Shown here one piece after another: positions 51,973 to 64,000 of a stretch of DNA of 64,000 nt. Origin of the DNA: Macrostomum lignano. Taxonomy: Eukaryota. Every line of letters begins with the position of its first letter. Position 1 is the first letter of the stretch. Below the pieces are notes generated by a model, which was not told where the DNA came from, searched no databases, and was given only the letters and a program-made list of their open reading frames with translations. The translations under genes and the position numbers were made by a program. The stretch spans positions 1 to 64,000 of the forward strand of contig NIVC01000592.1 in NCBI GenBank assembly GCA_002269645.1, written 5' to 3'.

Positions 51973-53003
51973 ATGCTCGCACCACTACTCAGTCTGCTGC
52001 TGCAGATATCGATATCTCACGAACTGATCAATCATCTCATAGCATTCAAGTTCGACTTAGCCGCTGCAAAATTCTCCTGCTCAGCCAGCTCGATCTCCGT
52101 GAGCGCTCGAGGCGAAATCGAGTGCGCTATGAAATGCGGTCAAGCTGGCGACATGTTCTCATTCAGCTTCATCAACGGAGTCTGCGTCCTGTCCACGAGC
52201 ACGAGCATAAGCTGTTCCGCACCATCTACTGGAGTTGTGTACATGAAGCGCAGGGGTGAGTTTTTACATTGTAGCCTTGCTGGCTTGGAAAGCATGACAG
52301 TCGGCGAACAAAATGGTGGGGGTGATTTTTAATTCATCATTCCCGTAAACCGCACTCCTTCCACCATATCATGCAGTTTTTCCCGAAAAAAGTCCCGGCT
52401 ACCAGCAGCAGATCGGTGGCCGGATATTCTGGGTGTTCCAGCGGCGACAGACGGGAGAGATCGCCTTCGGCAGGAACTGGACCGACTACGCTAGCGGCTT
52501 CGGGAATGCCGTCGAGTTCTGGATTGGTGAGTCCGCCGTCCGATTGGCCAGTCTTCTTAGGACACCAGAAGCAATCGAAAAGTTTCCCTCCCGTCAACTG
52601 CAGGACTCGAGAGCATCCGCAGTGTTACTGTGACCGGCGCTTAGCAACTCCGAGTCGAGACCCAGACCTTCGACAGAGAGTTCTACGCGCTCGAGTGGCT
52701 CGGCTTCACCGTCGGGGACTTCAGCACGAATTACAGGATGAACTACGCCAGCTTCCTCATCAGCGCCAACTCCACCATCAACTGCGACTTTCTGTACTCA
52801 GCTGAAGGCCGGCCGTTCTCCACCTTCGACAGGGACGACGGTGCTTTCGGATCGAGCTGCAGCAGCAACTTCGATGGCGGCGGCTACTGCTGGTGGGAAA
52901 CGTGCATGAACTCCAACCTGAACGGTCCGGCGCCTCCTTCATGGCCTCGTCTTGCATTGGAAGATACAAGGCTCTCCATGCGATGCGGATGATGCTGCAG
53001 GTG
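51973..53003 (+). pseudogene. PAN-FReD copy 3 (signal peptide + PAN exon, no long linker), pseudogene
   Basis: In-frame TAG at 52642-52644 and a frameshifting deletion after AACGGT (~52926) relative to copies 1 and 2. Confidence 0.8.
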
Positions 53004-53069
53004 TGCGGAGGTGCTCCTTGATTAACATCAGTCTTGCGAGCAACTTTTTTCACCAAAATAACTGTAGGT

Positions 53070-53332
53070 CTAACCGACTTGATGATCAGGGGTTCTCGAT
53101 CCCACTGGAACAATTTGTCCTTGAGCAAGACACAATTAACTCTGCATCGCTTCAGTTCATCCAGTTTTAAAATGGGTGCCAGCATTAGCTGAGTTAATTG
53201 AGAGTGTGTGACGACCCCCAGTCCTTGAACTGAACAGCCGTACGCAGCCTTCAGATACGCCTCGCAATAGCTGCGCTCCTGTCGGTTGCACACCTGGCCC
53301 AATTAGGGCAGGTGTAATCAATTATTATTATA
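53070..53332 (+). mobile_element. Second copy of the CORE-like SINE (5'-decayed)
   Basis: tttgtccttgagcaagacacaattaac...cagttcatccagttttaaaatggg...gaacagccgtacgcagccttcag...ggcaggtgtaatcaattattatta matches 1463-1740. Confidence 0.75.
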
Positions 53333-54774
53333 TAATTCAGTCAATTAAAAGCGATTGGGATTTTCGCTTACTACGGCTTCAGATTGTGAGGCAAAGACTC
53401 ATTTTCAGTGTCCGGAGGCTATCGTGCTCAAGTTCCTGAGTTCGATTCTGGCTGGTATCTTGTCGCGAGAGATTATAACGCCCAAGAGCTAGGGTCGACC
53501 ACAAAGACACGGAGTCTGTAAGCCTGGATATAGGAAATCAGGGCCTCTTCGTGTACAGCCAGTGGTTTGTTACTGCATATTCGTGTGCTTTTCAGTTAAC
53601 CCAACCAAAGTTTCTCCTCTTCATGATCACCAGAATAGTGAATTCCAGGTGATCAATCTAAACAGCTGCTGCTGGCTGAAGCCTTGAGCTACGGATCAAG
53701 TTTGAGTGGGAGAAAACACTGATTGACAGGTGCACCAGTGGATGAATTCATATGCATCAGAGAGTAGTGAAGGCGCTGAGCCGTTTTGCAATCCGACTCA
53801 AAATCTGAAAAAAAGAACAGAACAAAACTGTCTGCAATTCTTCGTCAGAGCTTGCTTCAAAAATGATACACACGCTGCATCTCAGACACGTGGAAAACTT
53901 TGGGGGGCTGGAGAAAAACCTGACGATGCTCGCCTCCATACTGAGTCTGCTGCTGTGGCTTTTGTTTTCACATCAAGTCAGTAAAACTGAAAGTCACACA
54001 AGAGACAGTTATGGTGTAATCAATCTCAATCTAAATCAAGACTAAGTTGCAATGCAGTCTTGTGCTAAGCAGCCACACACCAAAGTGAATCTTGTCTTGC
54101 GGTCACAATTCAGCCAGTCAACTGAAAAAAATCAAAGACTGAGTGGAAAGTGCAAACTGTAATCAAATTTAGCACTGCAAAACAACAGGCGGCTGCTGAC
54201 CAAAAGATGACGAGCGGAATTGAAATGACTGACGGCCTGCCTGATTTTTTTTTGTATTTCAACACGATATGGCAACGCGACAAGCCCAGTTATTAATAAT
54301 GTTCACCTTGCGCTCTTATAGCTGACTAAAACACCGCGTTATTTGGCACAACACCAATATAGAGTGACAGATAGCCATAAATATTTTAGAAACAAAAAGG
54401 TAATGCGGCTATTTAATAGAATTACTAATCAGGTTACTATAAGCTTTCGCGTCAAATAGAGTTTTGATCGAGCTGAAGCTGGTAGAATTTGAATATTTAT
54501 TGCAAAGCAGAACAGATACGAGTATAACATAAAGCAACTATGGCTACCATACGAGTACAAACTTATTGAGTCTATTTTTCTAAGAAACAGCTAGCAAGGC
54601 GAAGATAAAGCAAGAGTTCTGGACACCAATTATTTATTTTATTTTTTAATTAGCTAAACAGAGTTGATAACGGCAGAACCGGAACTTATACTTCTCAGAC
54701 CAACTATATGAAACTTGGGGCGGCATGGCAGTAAAGATAGGTAATTAAGGTGCAAATATTTTCACTAACAACTT

Positions 54775-55090
54775 GAAATCCCAGAATCCCGATTTGAAAT
54801 CCCACGATCCCAATCTAAAATCCCAGGCTCCCAATCTGAAATCCCAGCATCCCAATCTGAAATCCCAGGATCCCAATCTGAAATCCCAGGCTCCCAATCT
54901 GAAATCCCAGCATCCCAATCTGAAATCCCAGGATCCCAATCTGAAATCCCAGCATCCCAATCTGAAATCCCAGGATCCCAACCTGAATTCCCAGCATCCC
55001 AAACTGAAATCCCAATCTGAAATCCCAGGATCCCAATTTGAAATCCCAGGATCCCAACCTGAATTCCCAGTATCCCAATCTGAAATCCAG
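54775..55090. repeat. 21-bp minisatellite (aatctgaaatcccaggatccc) downstream of RPN1
   Basis: Read directly. Confidence 0.9.
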
Positions 55091-55200
55091 GTACATGTGT
55101 ATCGGTAGGATGCAGAAGCCGAATATTACTAGCTGAAAGTGTTAACCCCAACAACCACTCAGCGTCATCAGTCCCGGTCCGAGAGCTTGCATCAGTCCGC

Positions 55201-58200
55201 TTACAGGCCTTCAACCAGCTGCTCGATGCGAGCCACAGCGTCTTCCTTGTTCTTGACGTGCTTGGCGTCGGCGTCCAGGTACTGCTGGCGAGTGATCTTG
55301 TTGGCAACCAGAGCCTCAGCCTGACTGGCCGCTGTCTGCAGCAGTTCAGCCAGGCGGCTGTCCTGACGCTGCAGTTCGTCAAGTCGCTCCAGCAAGTCGC
55401 CAGGTGGAGCGAAGGCCGGGTCGCTGCGGATGGCCTTCACCAGCTCAGCGACCTTCTTGGTCAGAGCTTTGTGGTCAGTAGTGACCTGCGACAGGGGCAG
55501 TAGTTGGGCATCTCTTGGTGTATAAATCTTAAAGGAAATTTCTTAGCGGGGCTCATACACAGGGAAAAGACCTGGCAGGAAATCCCAATTTCAGGGAAAT
55601 TCCCATTTCAGGGGAATCTCCATTTCAGGAAAATTCCTATTTCAGGGAAATCCCCATTTCAGGAAAATTCCCATTTCAGGGAAATCCCCATTTAAGGGGA
55701 ATTCTTATTTAAGGGGAATTCCAATTTTAGGGGAATTCCCATTTCAGGGAAATTCCCATTTCAGGGGAATCGGAAGTAAACAAGTTTTAGTGAAAGAATC
55801 CTGTGGATACTGGAAATTTCAATAGACTTCTTGGGCCGAATTCTGTGGATATAAATATTGTATTTAAGGAATTCTAAAAGACGAAATTCTTTTGCAAGGA
55901 ATTCTTGAGGATATAAAAATCGATATATGGACATCCTCAGAAGCCTGACAGGGAAGTTCCCAGCGCGCCGGTGCTTTCGAAACCCTGAAATCGATCGGTT
56001 ATGAGGTAGAAATCCCACCTTATTAACGTCGGACTTGAACCGGCCGTGGTCTTTGCCGGACTTGAACTTGTTAATGGCGTCCTCGTAGCACTGGTACAGG
56101 GCGGAGCGCCTGTCCTGTAGGCCGACAATCTCGGAGGTCAGGCAGCCGAGGCGCTGCTTCATCTCGGTGCTGGCGTCCTGCACGATAGAGAAGTTGAGCC
56201 GCACGGCCAGGATGACGGTGAGGAACAGCACGAGGAAGAAGGTGGTGGCCATCAGCGGCTCGCGGATCAGCGACCAAGAGGCGAACTCGTAGCGGACAAC
56301 CAGCTCCTGGATGTGCTGGTCCACGAGGTTGGCCTGCGGGGTGGGGGGGGGGAGCTCACGGCTTCAGATTTGGAGCAGAGTAACAGACAATGTGGGATAG
56401 ATCAGCTGAGGGTTTGGGATAGATCAGGTGTGGGATAGATCAGCTGTAGATTAGATCAGCTGTAGGTTAGTTCAGGTGTGGGATAGATCAGGTGTGGGGT
56501 AGATCAGCTGTAGCATAGATCAGGTGTGGGGTAGATCAGCTGTAGCATAGATCAGGTGTGGGGTAGATCAGCTGTAGCATAGATCAGCTGTAGGTTAGAT
56601 CAGCTGTAGGATAGATCAGCTGTAGGATAGATCAGCTGTAGGTTAGATCAGCTGTAGGATAGATCAGGTGTAGCTTAGATCAGGTGTGGAATAGATCAGC
56701 TGTAGGATAGATCAGCTGTGGGTTAGATCAGGTGTGGGATAGATCAGCTGTAGCTTAGATCAGGTGTAGGGTTCAGTAAAATTTTCCCAGCCACTTACCT
56801 TGCTCAGCACAAGCACGGGCCGCCCCACGGTATCCAGGTAAGTCTTAATCAGCTCCCTGGGGCCTTCGATCACAGGGTAAGGCGCCTCGTATCGAATGTT
56901 GGTGGCCAGCTCGGGCAGCACAATCTTGAGGGTGATCCGGTCCACCACCATATCGTCGTGCACGTGATCAATGAAGCGAATGCGCAGAGCATACTGGTTG
57001 CCGCTACTGAACAGGTACTCGTAGCTGGGAACATTGTACCCGATGATGTAGTCGGTGTTCCAGCCGCCGAACAGCGGGAACCGGGGCCGCAGTTCGATCT
57101 CAACGGAGTCGATCAGCTCGCGCAGATTGGACGTACTGATGTTGCCGATGTCGTCGCGGTAGTACACGTCCTTGGCGGCGGCCGGCAGCACGGTCTTGTA
57201 GGCTCGGACGCTGGACACGCCATCGTTCTTGCGCTGATACTCGTAGCGGGAGAAGCTGCCCTTGAGCTTGGCGCCGGAGTGGACAACGTGGATTTTCTCT
57301 TCAATAGCAACGTTGCCCCAGTGGGACACCTCGACATGGCGCAGCATGTCGACGACCGTGAGGAATGGAGCGTTGTTCTCGTAGTGAACGCTCACCTGCA
57401 AATGGGGTGTGGCGGCAATCAATGCTGTCGATTGCGTTAACTAGCCGAGCAGGGTCGGGAAACTTTTTAAAAATTAAGGGTCAGATAAAGAATCTAGCGC
57501 ATGACTGCGGGCCAGATGAGAGAAGAGAGAAGAGAAAAATTAGAGATCAAGGAGATGAGAGGAGATAAGAGAGGAGGGATGAGATGAGAGTTGAGAGGTG
57601 AGAAGAGATGAGAGGAGAGGTGAGAGGAGAGAGGAGAGAGAGGAGGGCAGAGAGATGAGAGAGAGGAGGGGAGAGATGAGAGAAGAGAGGTGAGAAGAGA
57701 TGAGAGGAGAGGTGAGAGGAGAAAAGAGGGGAGAGGAGAGAGGAGGGCAGAGAGATGAGAGAGGAAAGGTGAGAGAAGGGGAGAGAGGTGAGAGAGAGGA
57801 GAGATGAGAGAGAAGAGGAGGAAAAGAAAAATGAGCTGAGATTCTGACACAAACCTTGAGCGGGCCGGATTGCTATTGTGGATTTCAAAGGACCCGAGGC
57901 CCAGATAGAGAGGCTTCGCGGGCCGGGGTGTGCCGACCCCAGTGACCAGTGCCGTGAACTGCACAGCCTGCGGCCCTCGTGAGCCATGGATATTATAATA
58001 TTAAAGCCTTCATACCCTATTCTTGCTACTTCTTTGAGTAGGCGATTGCAAGCGATAAGTGAATGGAATGAATGATAGAGATTCGCACCTCCTGCTGGGT
58101 GAAGGCGGGCACGTTAGCGAAGGGGCCGTAGGTGATGGTGGACTCCTGCTTGTTCACCGGCTGCAGGTTGGTGAAATCCAGGATGTTCGGATTGGCCGTA

Positions 58201-61200
58201 CGAATCTGAGTCTCAACAGAGTCGCTGGGGTAGGGCGAGTAGAAATTGGCATTGCCAGTGAAGCGCAGGTACTGCCTCTCTGACTGGGTGATCTCGCTGG
58301 GGTAGGGCGCGAGCTTGTGCGTGTAGTAGGCCGTCACCACCAGGCTGGAGGGCCGCGACCCGATGGAGATTTCGTACAGCCTGGTAGAGGTTGGGGCGAG
58401 TGGCGTGCAAATCAATAGGAACAGCTTTGAGTTATTTCAACTGTAATTCAGCACTGCATCTACAGGGCACACTCACTGCTTTCCATTCTTGGATACAGGC
58501 TTGATTGGTAGAGCTGGGCTGTCTTCACCAGATTTGGTCTAAAATGAAATAGCAATTCTATTGTTATATTTCAATCCATTACCCTAAAAAAATAAAGTAT
58601 TGTGTTATCTCATTTGTTTATTTACTATTAGAGTTCCAATCTTTCACATTTGTGCCTTTCCAAATTGGTGACTATTTTTCTATGCTTTTCTCAGTGATAA
58701 CTTCATGAGAACAATCCTACATATTTATATATTTGAATATTCTGGGGCAAGTTCCAAATCATATCTGCATAAAAACAAAACAATATAGCAGTTTTATGTT
58801 TTCTTAAAAATATAAATTTTTAATAGAATTTTTGAAATATATAAAATATAAATCTTAACAAAATAACTATAAGCTAATATTATAAAGCACCTCCTCTCAC
58901 TAAACTGACAAACTCATCAAGTCTTAATTTCTCCTTTTCTTAAAGTTGAAGTGTTTCTGTCACAAAAGCAACTTGTCATCAAAATGGTTATCACTAAAAA
59001 TAACTCATCATACAAACAAATGATATCTTATTTCATCATTTGTGCTATATTTATAATTTTAATTCAGAAAATTGTCCTTGCTTTAAGTGTCACATTCTTG
59101 CATTTAATTTCATTCTATGGATGTTTTTACCCATTTTCTCTCTTCACTTTTTACCAGCTTATTGACATTAGAGACAGTCTACTATTATATTTGATACAAA
59201 AGATGTTAGTATTAAGTGTCCTCATTAAAGAATTTAAATTATGATATAAATATAATATAAAAATAAAAATATTTACTAATATAATATATATAATATATGG
59301 CAAAATCCAAAAATGTGGGATAAAATGGTAAAACAAATCTGCGGACATTCAATGGAAAGTAATATATATAAAAAAGCTTTTTGAAAGACAGATACGTCTT
59401 AAAAAATAGTTCTGGATAAAAATTATTGTTTTCATGCTTTACATTGCTGAATATATAAGTAAAAAACCACAAAAAAGCATTTTAAAAGTCTGAGTTGACC
59501 AATTTGCAATTTTTTGTTTTGCTTTTTTTCATTAATAAACAATTAATTTTAAGACTTTTGGACCATAGAGAAGGCTAATTTTTTCAATACTTACAAAACA
59601 AAAAGTAATCTGTGTTTTACTTTTTATTTTATTTAAAAAGATGAAGTATTTTTAAGGATTTCTAAGTTCTTCTAAAACCACATAAACTCGCGAAAATCAT
59701 ACTAATTTAAAGTGCAATGTTTGCCAACAAACATATTTCTCTAAAAGTACTGCTAATTCCTTGTTGCAAAATAATCTTTAAGTTGTTTTCTTTCATTTAA
59801 ATATCAACTTGCATATTAGTGTATGTAATATGCCTATACTTGGACTTGCGACAAAGAATAATGGAATTAGGCCTACACTTAAATATGTATCATTGCAGCT
59901 TATATGCAGGAAAAAAAGAATTTTCCAAATTGCTTCAGTAGAAGCTGAGTAAAATTCAAAATACAATTTTCCAATCCTTATAGGAATTTGTATGCTTTTA
60001 ATAAACTTATAGTTGAATACAGTATTTATTGCAAACAAACTTTATAAAATGCATGTTATCAATAATAACAAAAGTGATAAACAAATAAACCCTTAAAAGA
60101 ATGTTGGCGATTTTCCTCTTTCGTTCGTTAAATTGTTTTTTCGACAGAAACAAGTTGTGACTACTGAGTAATGTCAGAAAACGACAGTAATGGGATGCTG
60201 GGACTTAAATTTTTCTCGGAAAGTTGGATGGAGTTGTTTAACTAAAGACAAACGGTAATGGTAAACGACATGTAACGACAGTAAACGACAACAATAGGGC
60301 ACTGCGTCCCGTAGCTTGCTCTGGCATACAGAGAGTCTCACAAAGTCCAATATGGTTCAACTGGAGCCCCAGCAGTTCACAGTTCACAGGGGGTAATAGT
60401 GCGCAATCCAAAAGAGAATGTTTCCGAACACGTTCTGTGGGTGCATCTTACGCCACATAAATTCCTCCAGATGTGACTCGAATAGCGCCTTGCTTGTTCC
60501 GTGCATGGCGCGGAACTTCGCTTTGCAGTTGCCCCACGTGCCTTCAATCAGGTTCGTATGCACAGTGGGATCCTGCGGATTGACGAAGGCAAGCCGGTGG
60601 TTGACGACCACATGCTCATGCGAGAGTGGGAAGGGGAGCAAGGAGCAAGTGCAAGCTGCTGCCTATACTCCGCCACGAACCGAGTAGGTGAGTAGTGCCA
60701 TAGACATGTGTCAGCAGCAACCATACATGCGCATCCGCCAAAATTCGGTCGGCCGTGCGACTTAGTTTTAACAAAAATGCGACGTAGTTTTTGGCCAAAA
60801 ATGCGACTTACATGTAAAAAAAACCCTAAAGCAAAATTAACGCAACTTTGGGTAAACGGCAGGAGTAACTATGAATGTCCTATTAAGCCAAAATGCCTCG
60901 TCAGCTACTTAGTACTACTACTTGGGTATTTTTTGGGTGGGCATTTTTGCGACTTCCTTGGTTGGCTGCCAAATCAGTCGGCCAGATCGGCTGACTCGGC
61001 CGACTGTTGCGCATGTATGGCAGCAACCCCATGTCCTTTCCACTACTGCCACATCATTTTTTCAATAGGCACAATTTCAAATGCTGCCACGTCACTTTTT
61101 CGCGTCTACGCACCGATTCAAATCGAAAAAATAATTTAACGAACGAAAGAGGAAAATCGCCAGAATGTTAAATATGTTATAGCATCATAGAATGTAATAA

Positions 61201-62039
61201 TATAAGATACTTTAAGTTATTAAATACATTAGTAGAGTTTTTCTATAATTTTTATTATAGTCATTTTTGGTTGTAATTAAATTTACCATTTTAACAAATC
61301 ATTTTATAAAAAATAAGGCTATATGTGAATAATTTGTGCTTTTAAAGATGTTTTTAACTTTTTAAAACTTAAATAAATTCTATAGCTTTTTTGCTTTCAA
61401 ATCAACAAAAATGAATTTTCAAAAAACTTGCCCTTGATTTTTGGATTTTGCCATATAATAATATAAATATAAATAAATGGAAATCATCAATTGAACAAAG
61501 CCAAAGATTAAAAAACTGCTTTAGATCAATTCAAAGAAAATTAAATATAAATAAAAATTGGTAATAAGAAATAATATCAAAATTTGGTATATATCAGGGG
61601 TATACTATTATATTTGCATAGAACTAATTTTTAATCTATCACTAAATTTGGAATTTATTTTCTCTTTGCTAATTTAATTCTAAAAAATTCTTAGTCCTAA
61701 AACGAACTTACAGTACAAACTATTAATAGGAATATCCTGAATAATTAAATTTGGAGAATTTCAAGTAAAAAATTTGATAAATTTTGGGGTTCATTATTGT
61801 TCAAAATGAAATTTAATGCTTACAGAGGCACCAATAAATGCCATGTTGTCCTCATAACCAGGTTCGGCAGCAAAAAGGTATGTAGAGCCAAAACTTTCAG
61901 ACGAAATAACTGTTTCGATTTTGACGATTTGAGTAGTTAAATCCACTTTCCTAACAACCTTTGAGTTCTTCGCCTGCTCACTGCAGTTTGAGGCAGAAAG
62001 CATCAGCAGAAAGTAGGCAATTAGAAGTGTCTTGTCCAT
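55201..62039 (-). CDS. RPN1: Ribophorin I (OST subunit); 6 exons: 62039-61824, 58538-58477, 58380-58089, 57395-56799, 56333-56019, 55485-55201; ~588 aa
   Basis: Signal peptide, [25 protein letters not shown]...[14 protein letters not shown]...[42 protein letters not shown], and [15 protein letters not shown]. Phases are consistent, including the 62-nt exon 2. Confidence 0.96.
55580..55768. repeat. Imperfect ~17-20-bp minisatellite (cccatttcagggaaatt), RPN1 intron 5
   Basis: Read directly. Confidence 0.8.
56405..56770. repeat. 16-bp minisatellite (tagatcagctgtagga), RPN1 intron 4
   Basis: Read directly. Confidence 0.9.
57505..57830. repeat. GA-rich low-complexity tract, RPN1 intron 3
   Basis: Read directly. 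Confidence 0.85.
59299..61452. mobile_element. AT-rich non-autonomous TIR element (15-bp TIR GGCAAAATCCAAAAA, ATAT flanks) hosting the Merlin insertion
   Basis: Left end atat|ggcaaaatccaaaaa; right end tttttggattttgcc|atat. A second copy of the left arm starts at 63236. Confidence 0.7.
60106..61161 (-). mobile_element. Merlin-superfamily (IS1595/ISXO2-like) deletion derivative, 1056 bp
   Basis: ~39-bp TIR GGCGATTTTCCTCTTTCGTTCGTTAAATT..., exact 8-bp TSD AGAATGTT (60098-60105 / 61162-61169), and transposase C-terminus [13 protein letters not shown]...[19 protein letters not shown] at 60384-60641. Confidence 0.92.
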
Positions 62040-62644
62040 TTTCGTTTGTAAGAAAGACAAACGATTTTCGATTAGGTTGGTTTGGTTGATTGATGAGTTG
62101 GAATAAAATAAAAAACAAGTTTCAATTTATGAAATTGTTATTAAATCCAAGCTCAATTTTACGCGGACACGTAGAAGCTTAGAAATTAAAGTTAAATATT
62201 GTTAAGAAATTATGTTGATTTATTCCATGCAATAACATAGTTGCTATTAATCTCTTTGAATTTTAAATCATGTGCTTATTAACGTATCGTTTAACTGCAG
62301 ACGGTGTTTTACTAATATTGCTAGAAAGCGCTAAATTTCAACTTCTTTATTCCTGGAATGAGACACGTTTTTTACTTTTTATATGATATCCACGCTTCGT
62401 TCATTCGTTCATGCTATCATGACCCTGACGGTCAGCCGCTTGTAAAATAGAGTCACCAGTTTTTAAACCTGACTAACAGTCAGCATCGCATAGAGATTCT
62501 AGACAAAAATACATTTCAGAGTTGTATTGTAGTACGTTTCCTTTGACGGCTTTGTACTTCTGCCTTTTTAGTTTTAGCTTGAACCTAGCTAAATGACACC
62601 AAATTAGTCATAAGACTAGTTTCTTCCAGTAGTTTACTCGAGTA

Positions 62645-62922
62645 ATGTCCGTTGGTATTGCAGAGTCTTCACTTGCCAATTCAATGCAGTCAGTGAGCGG
62701 TAGTTCAAACCACATGAATCCTCAGAGTTCATCTATGCTTCCACATATGCACCACTCACCAGATGGAAGCAGCCAATCATCTCTATCTACTTTAGCCACA
62801 GCAGCAAATATCAGTCTCCCAAAAATAACACCAGAATATTTGCAGGAACTGTTAAAAGATAAGAAGAATCTTCAAAGCCTACCAAATTTGTTCAATCATT
62901 TGGATAAGATCCTTGAAACAGG
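62645..62922 (+). CDS. First coding exon of a STAR/Quaking (QKI/HOW/GLD-1-like) RNA-binding protein; the gene continues beyond the window
   Basis: QUA1-like TPEYLQELLKDKKNLQSLPNLFNHLDKILE followed by the donor G|GTTAG. Confidence 0.8.
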
Positions 62923-63235
62923 TTAGGGGCCTAGTTTTTTATATCATTGTCTTTTACTTTAGTCTATACCTTTTTATCTTAAAGAAGAATTTATAGTTTT
63001 AGCTTTAAGTACAGCAATTATATTTTATAAGCTAAGAAATATTTAAATATTACAAAACTCCCTAATATATTTATATATTGACATTGTTATTATCTAGTAT
63101 TAAGACTAGGCCTATATATTAGGTAGTATATAACAGAATGAAATTTGCTTCCCTAGCTTTTGATTTGTATGTTAGCCACTGACTTATATTATACACAAAA
63201 TATACCAAGAAAAAATTAAAAATGGCAATATATAT

Positions 63236-64000
63236 GGCGAAATCCAAAAACGTGGGATAAAACGGTAAAACAAATCTGCGGACATTCGATGGAAAGTAAT
63301 GTATCTAAAAAAGGTTTTTGAAAGATAGATAGGTCTTTAGAAAATAGTTCTGGATAAAAACTATTGTTTTCATGCTTTATATTGTTGAATAAATAAGAAA
63401 AAACCACAAAAAATCATTTTGAAAGTCCAAGTTGACCGATTTGCAATTTTTTGTTTCACTTTTTTTCAAAATTAAACAATTAATTTTAAGACTTGTAGGC
63501 CTTAGAGAAGGCTAATTTTTTTACTACTTACAAAACAGAAAGTAATCTGTGTTTTACTTTTTATTCAATTCAAAAAGATGAAGTATTTCTAAGGATTTCA
63601 AAGTTTTTCTAAAACCATATAAACTCGCAAAAATTCATACTAATATAAAGTGCAAAGTTTGCCAGCAAACATCTTTCTCTAAAAGTAAATATATCGCTAA
63701 TTCCTTGTTGCAAAATAATCTTTAAGTTGTTTTCTTTCATTTAAATATTAACTTGCATAGTATTAGTATTTGTAATATACCTATATTTAGACTTAAAAAT
63801 TTTGGGTAAAAAATGGTACCACAAAATGTGAACCCGGCATCCAAATCAGATGCTTACTGTATGCTCATTAAGCAACGAAGAACAATGAAATTACACTAAA
63901 ACATGTATCATTGCGGTGTATATGCAGGAAAAAAAGAATTTTACAAATCGCTTTAGTAGAAGCTGAGTAAAATGCAATTTTCCAATCCTTATGGGAATTC
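63236..64000. mobile_element. Second copy of the AT-rich TIR element (left arm; runs off the window)
   Basis: Collinear similarity to 59299-~59990. Confidence 0.75.

Noticed and set aside
57855-57960. AG...GT-bounded GC-rich segment in RPN1 intron 3 resembling an exon
   Set aside because: RPN1 exons 3 and 4 join in frame without it and no frame resembles ribophorin I. It is probably a small MITE fragment.

Overview
Eukaryotic (metazoan) genomic DNA. GC-rich exons, small introns filled with minisatellites and short polyQ tracts resemble the free-living flatworm Macrostomum lignano; this is an inference, not a database match. The left third (2.1-21.3 kb) holds four co-oriented minus-strand housekeeping genes: MED14 -> TRAPPC5 -> CAPN7 (calpain-7) -> MRPL19. 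Each has an AG directly in front of its ATG, which suggests a trans-spliced operon. An AT-rich, strongly CpG-depleted zone of decayed transposons follows (21.4-27 kb). Next come a young 2.4-kb LTR element encoding Gag-protease-partial integrase but no RT, and a divergent cation-type Cys-loop receptor subunit. The 36-53 kb segment is a patchwork of local duplications. It contains PAN/apple + fibrinogen-domain (FReD) lectin-like genes (one intact, one 5'-truncated, one pseudogene), a secreted ferritin with a charge-reversed ferroxidase site, a partial ferritin duplicate, and Gypsy and LINE debris. The right end holds RPN1 (minus strand; a Merlin element nested in another TIR element in intron 1) head-to-head with the first exon of a Quaking/HOW-family gene. 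Exon coordinates were deduced by hand from GT-AG sites and reading-frame continuity.
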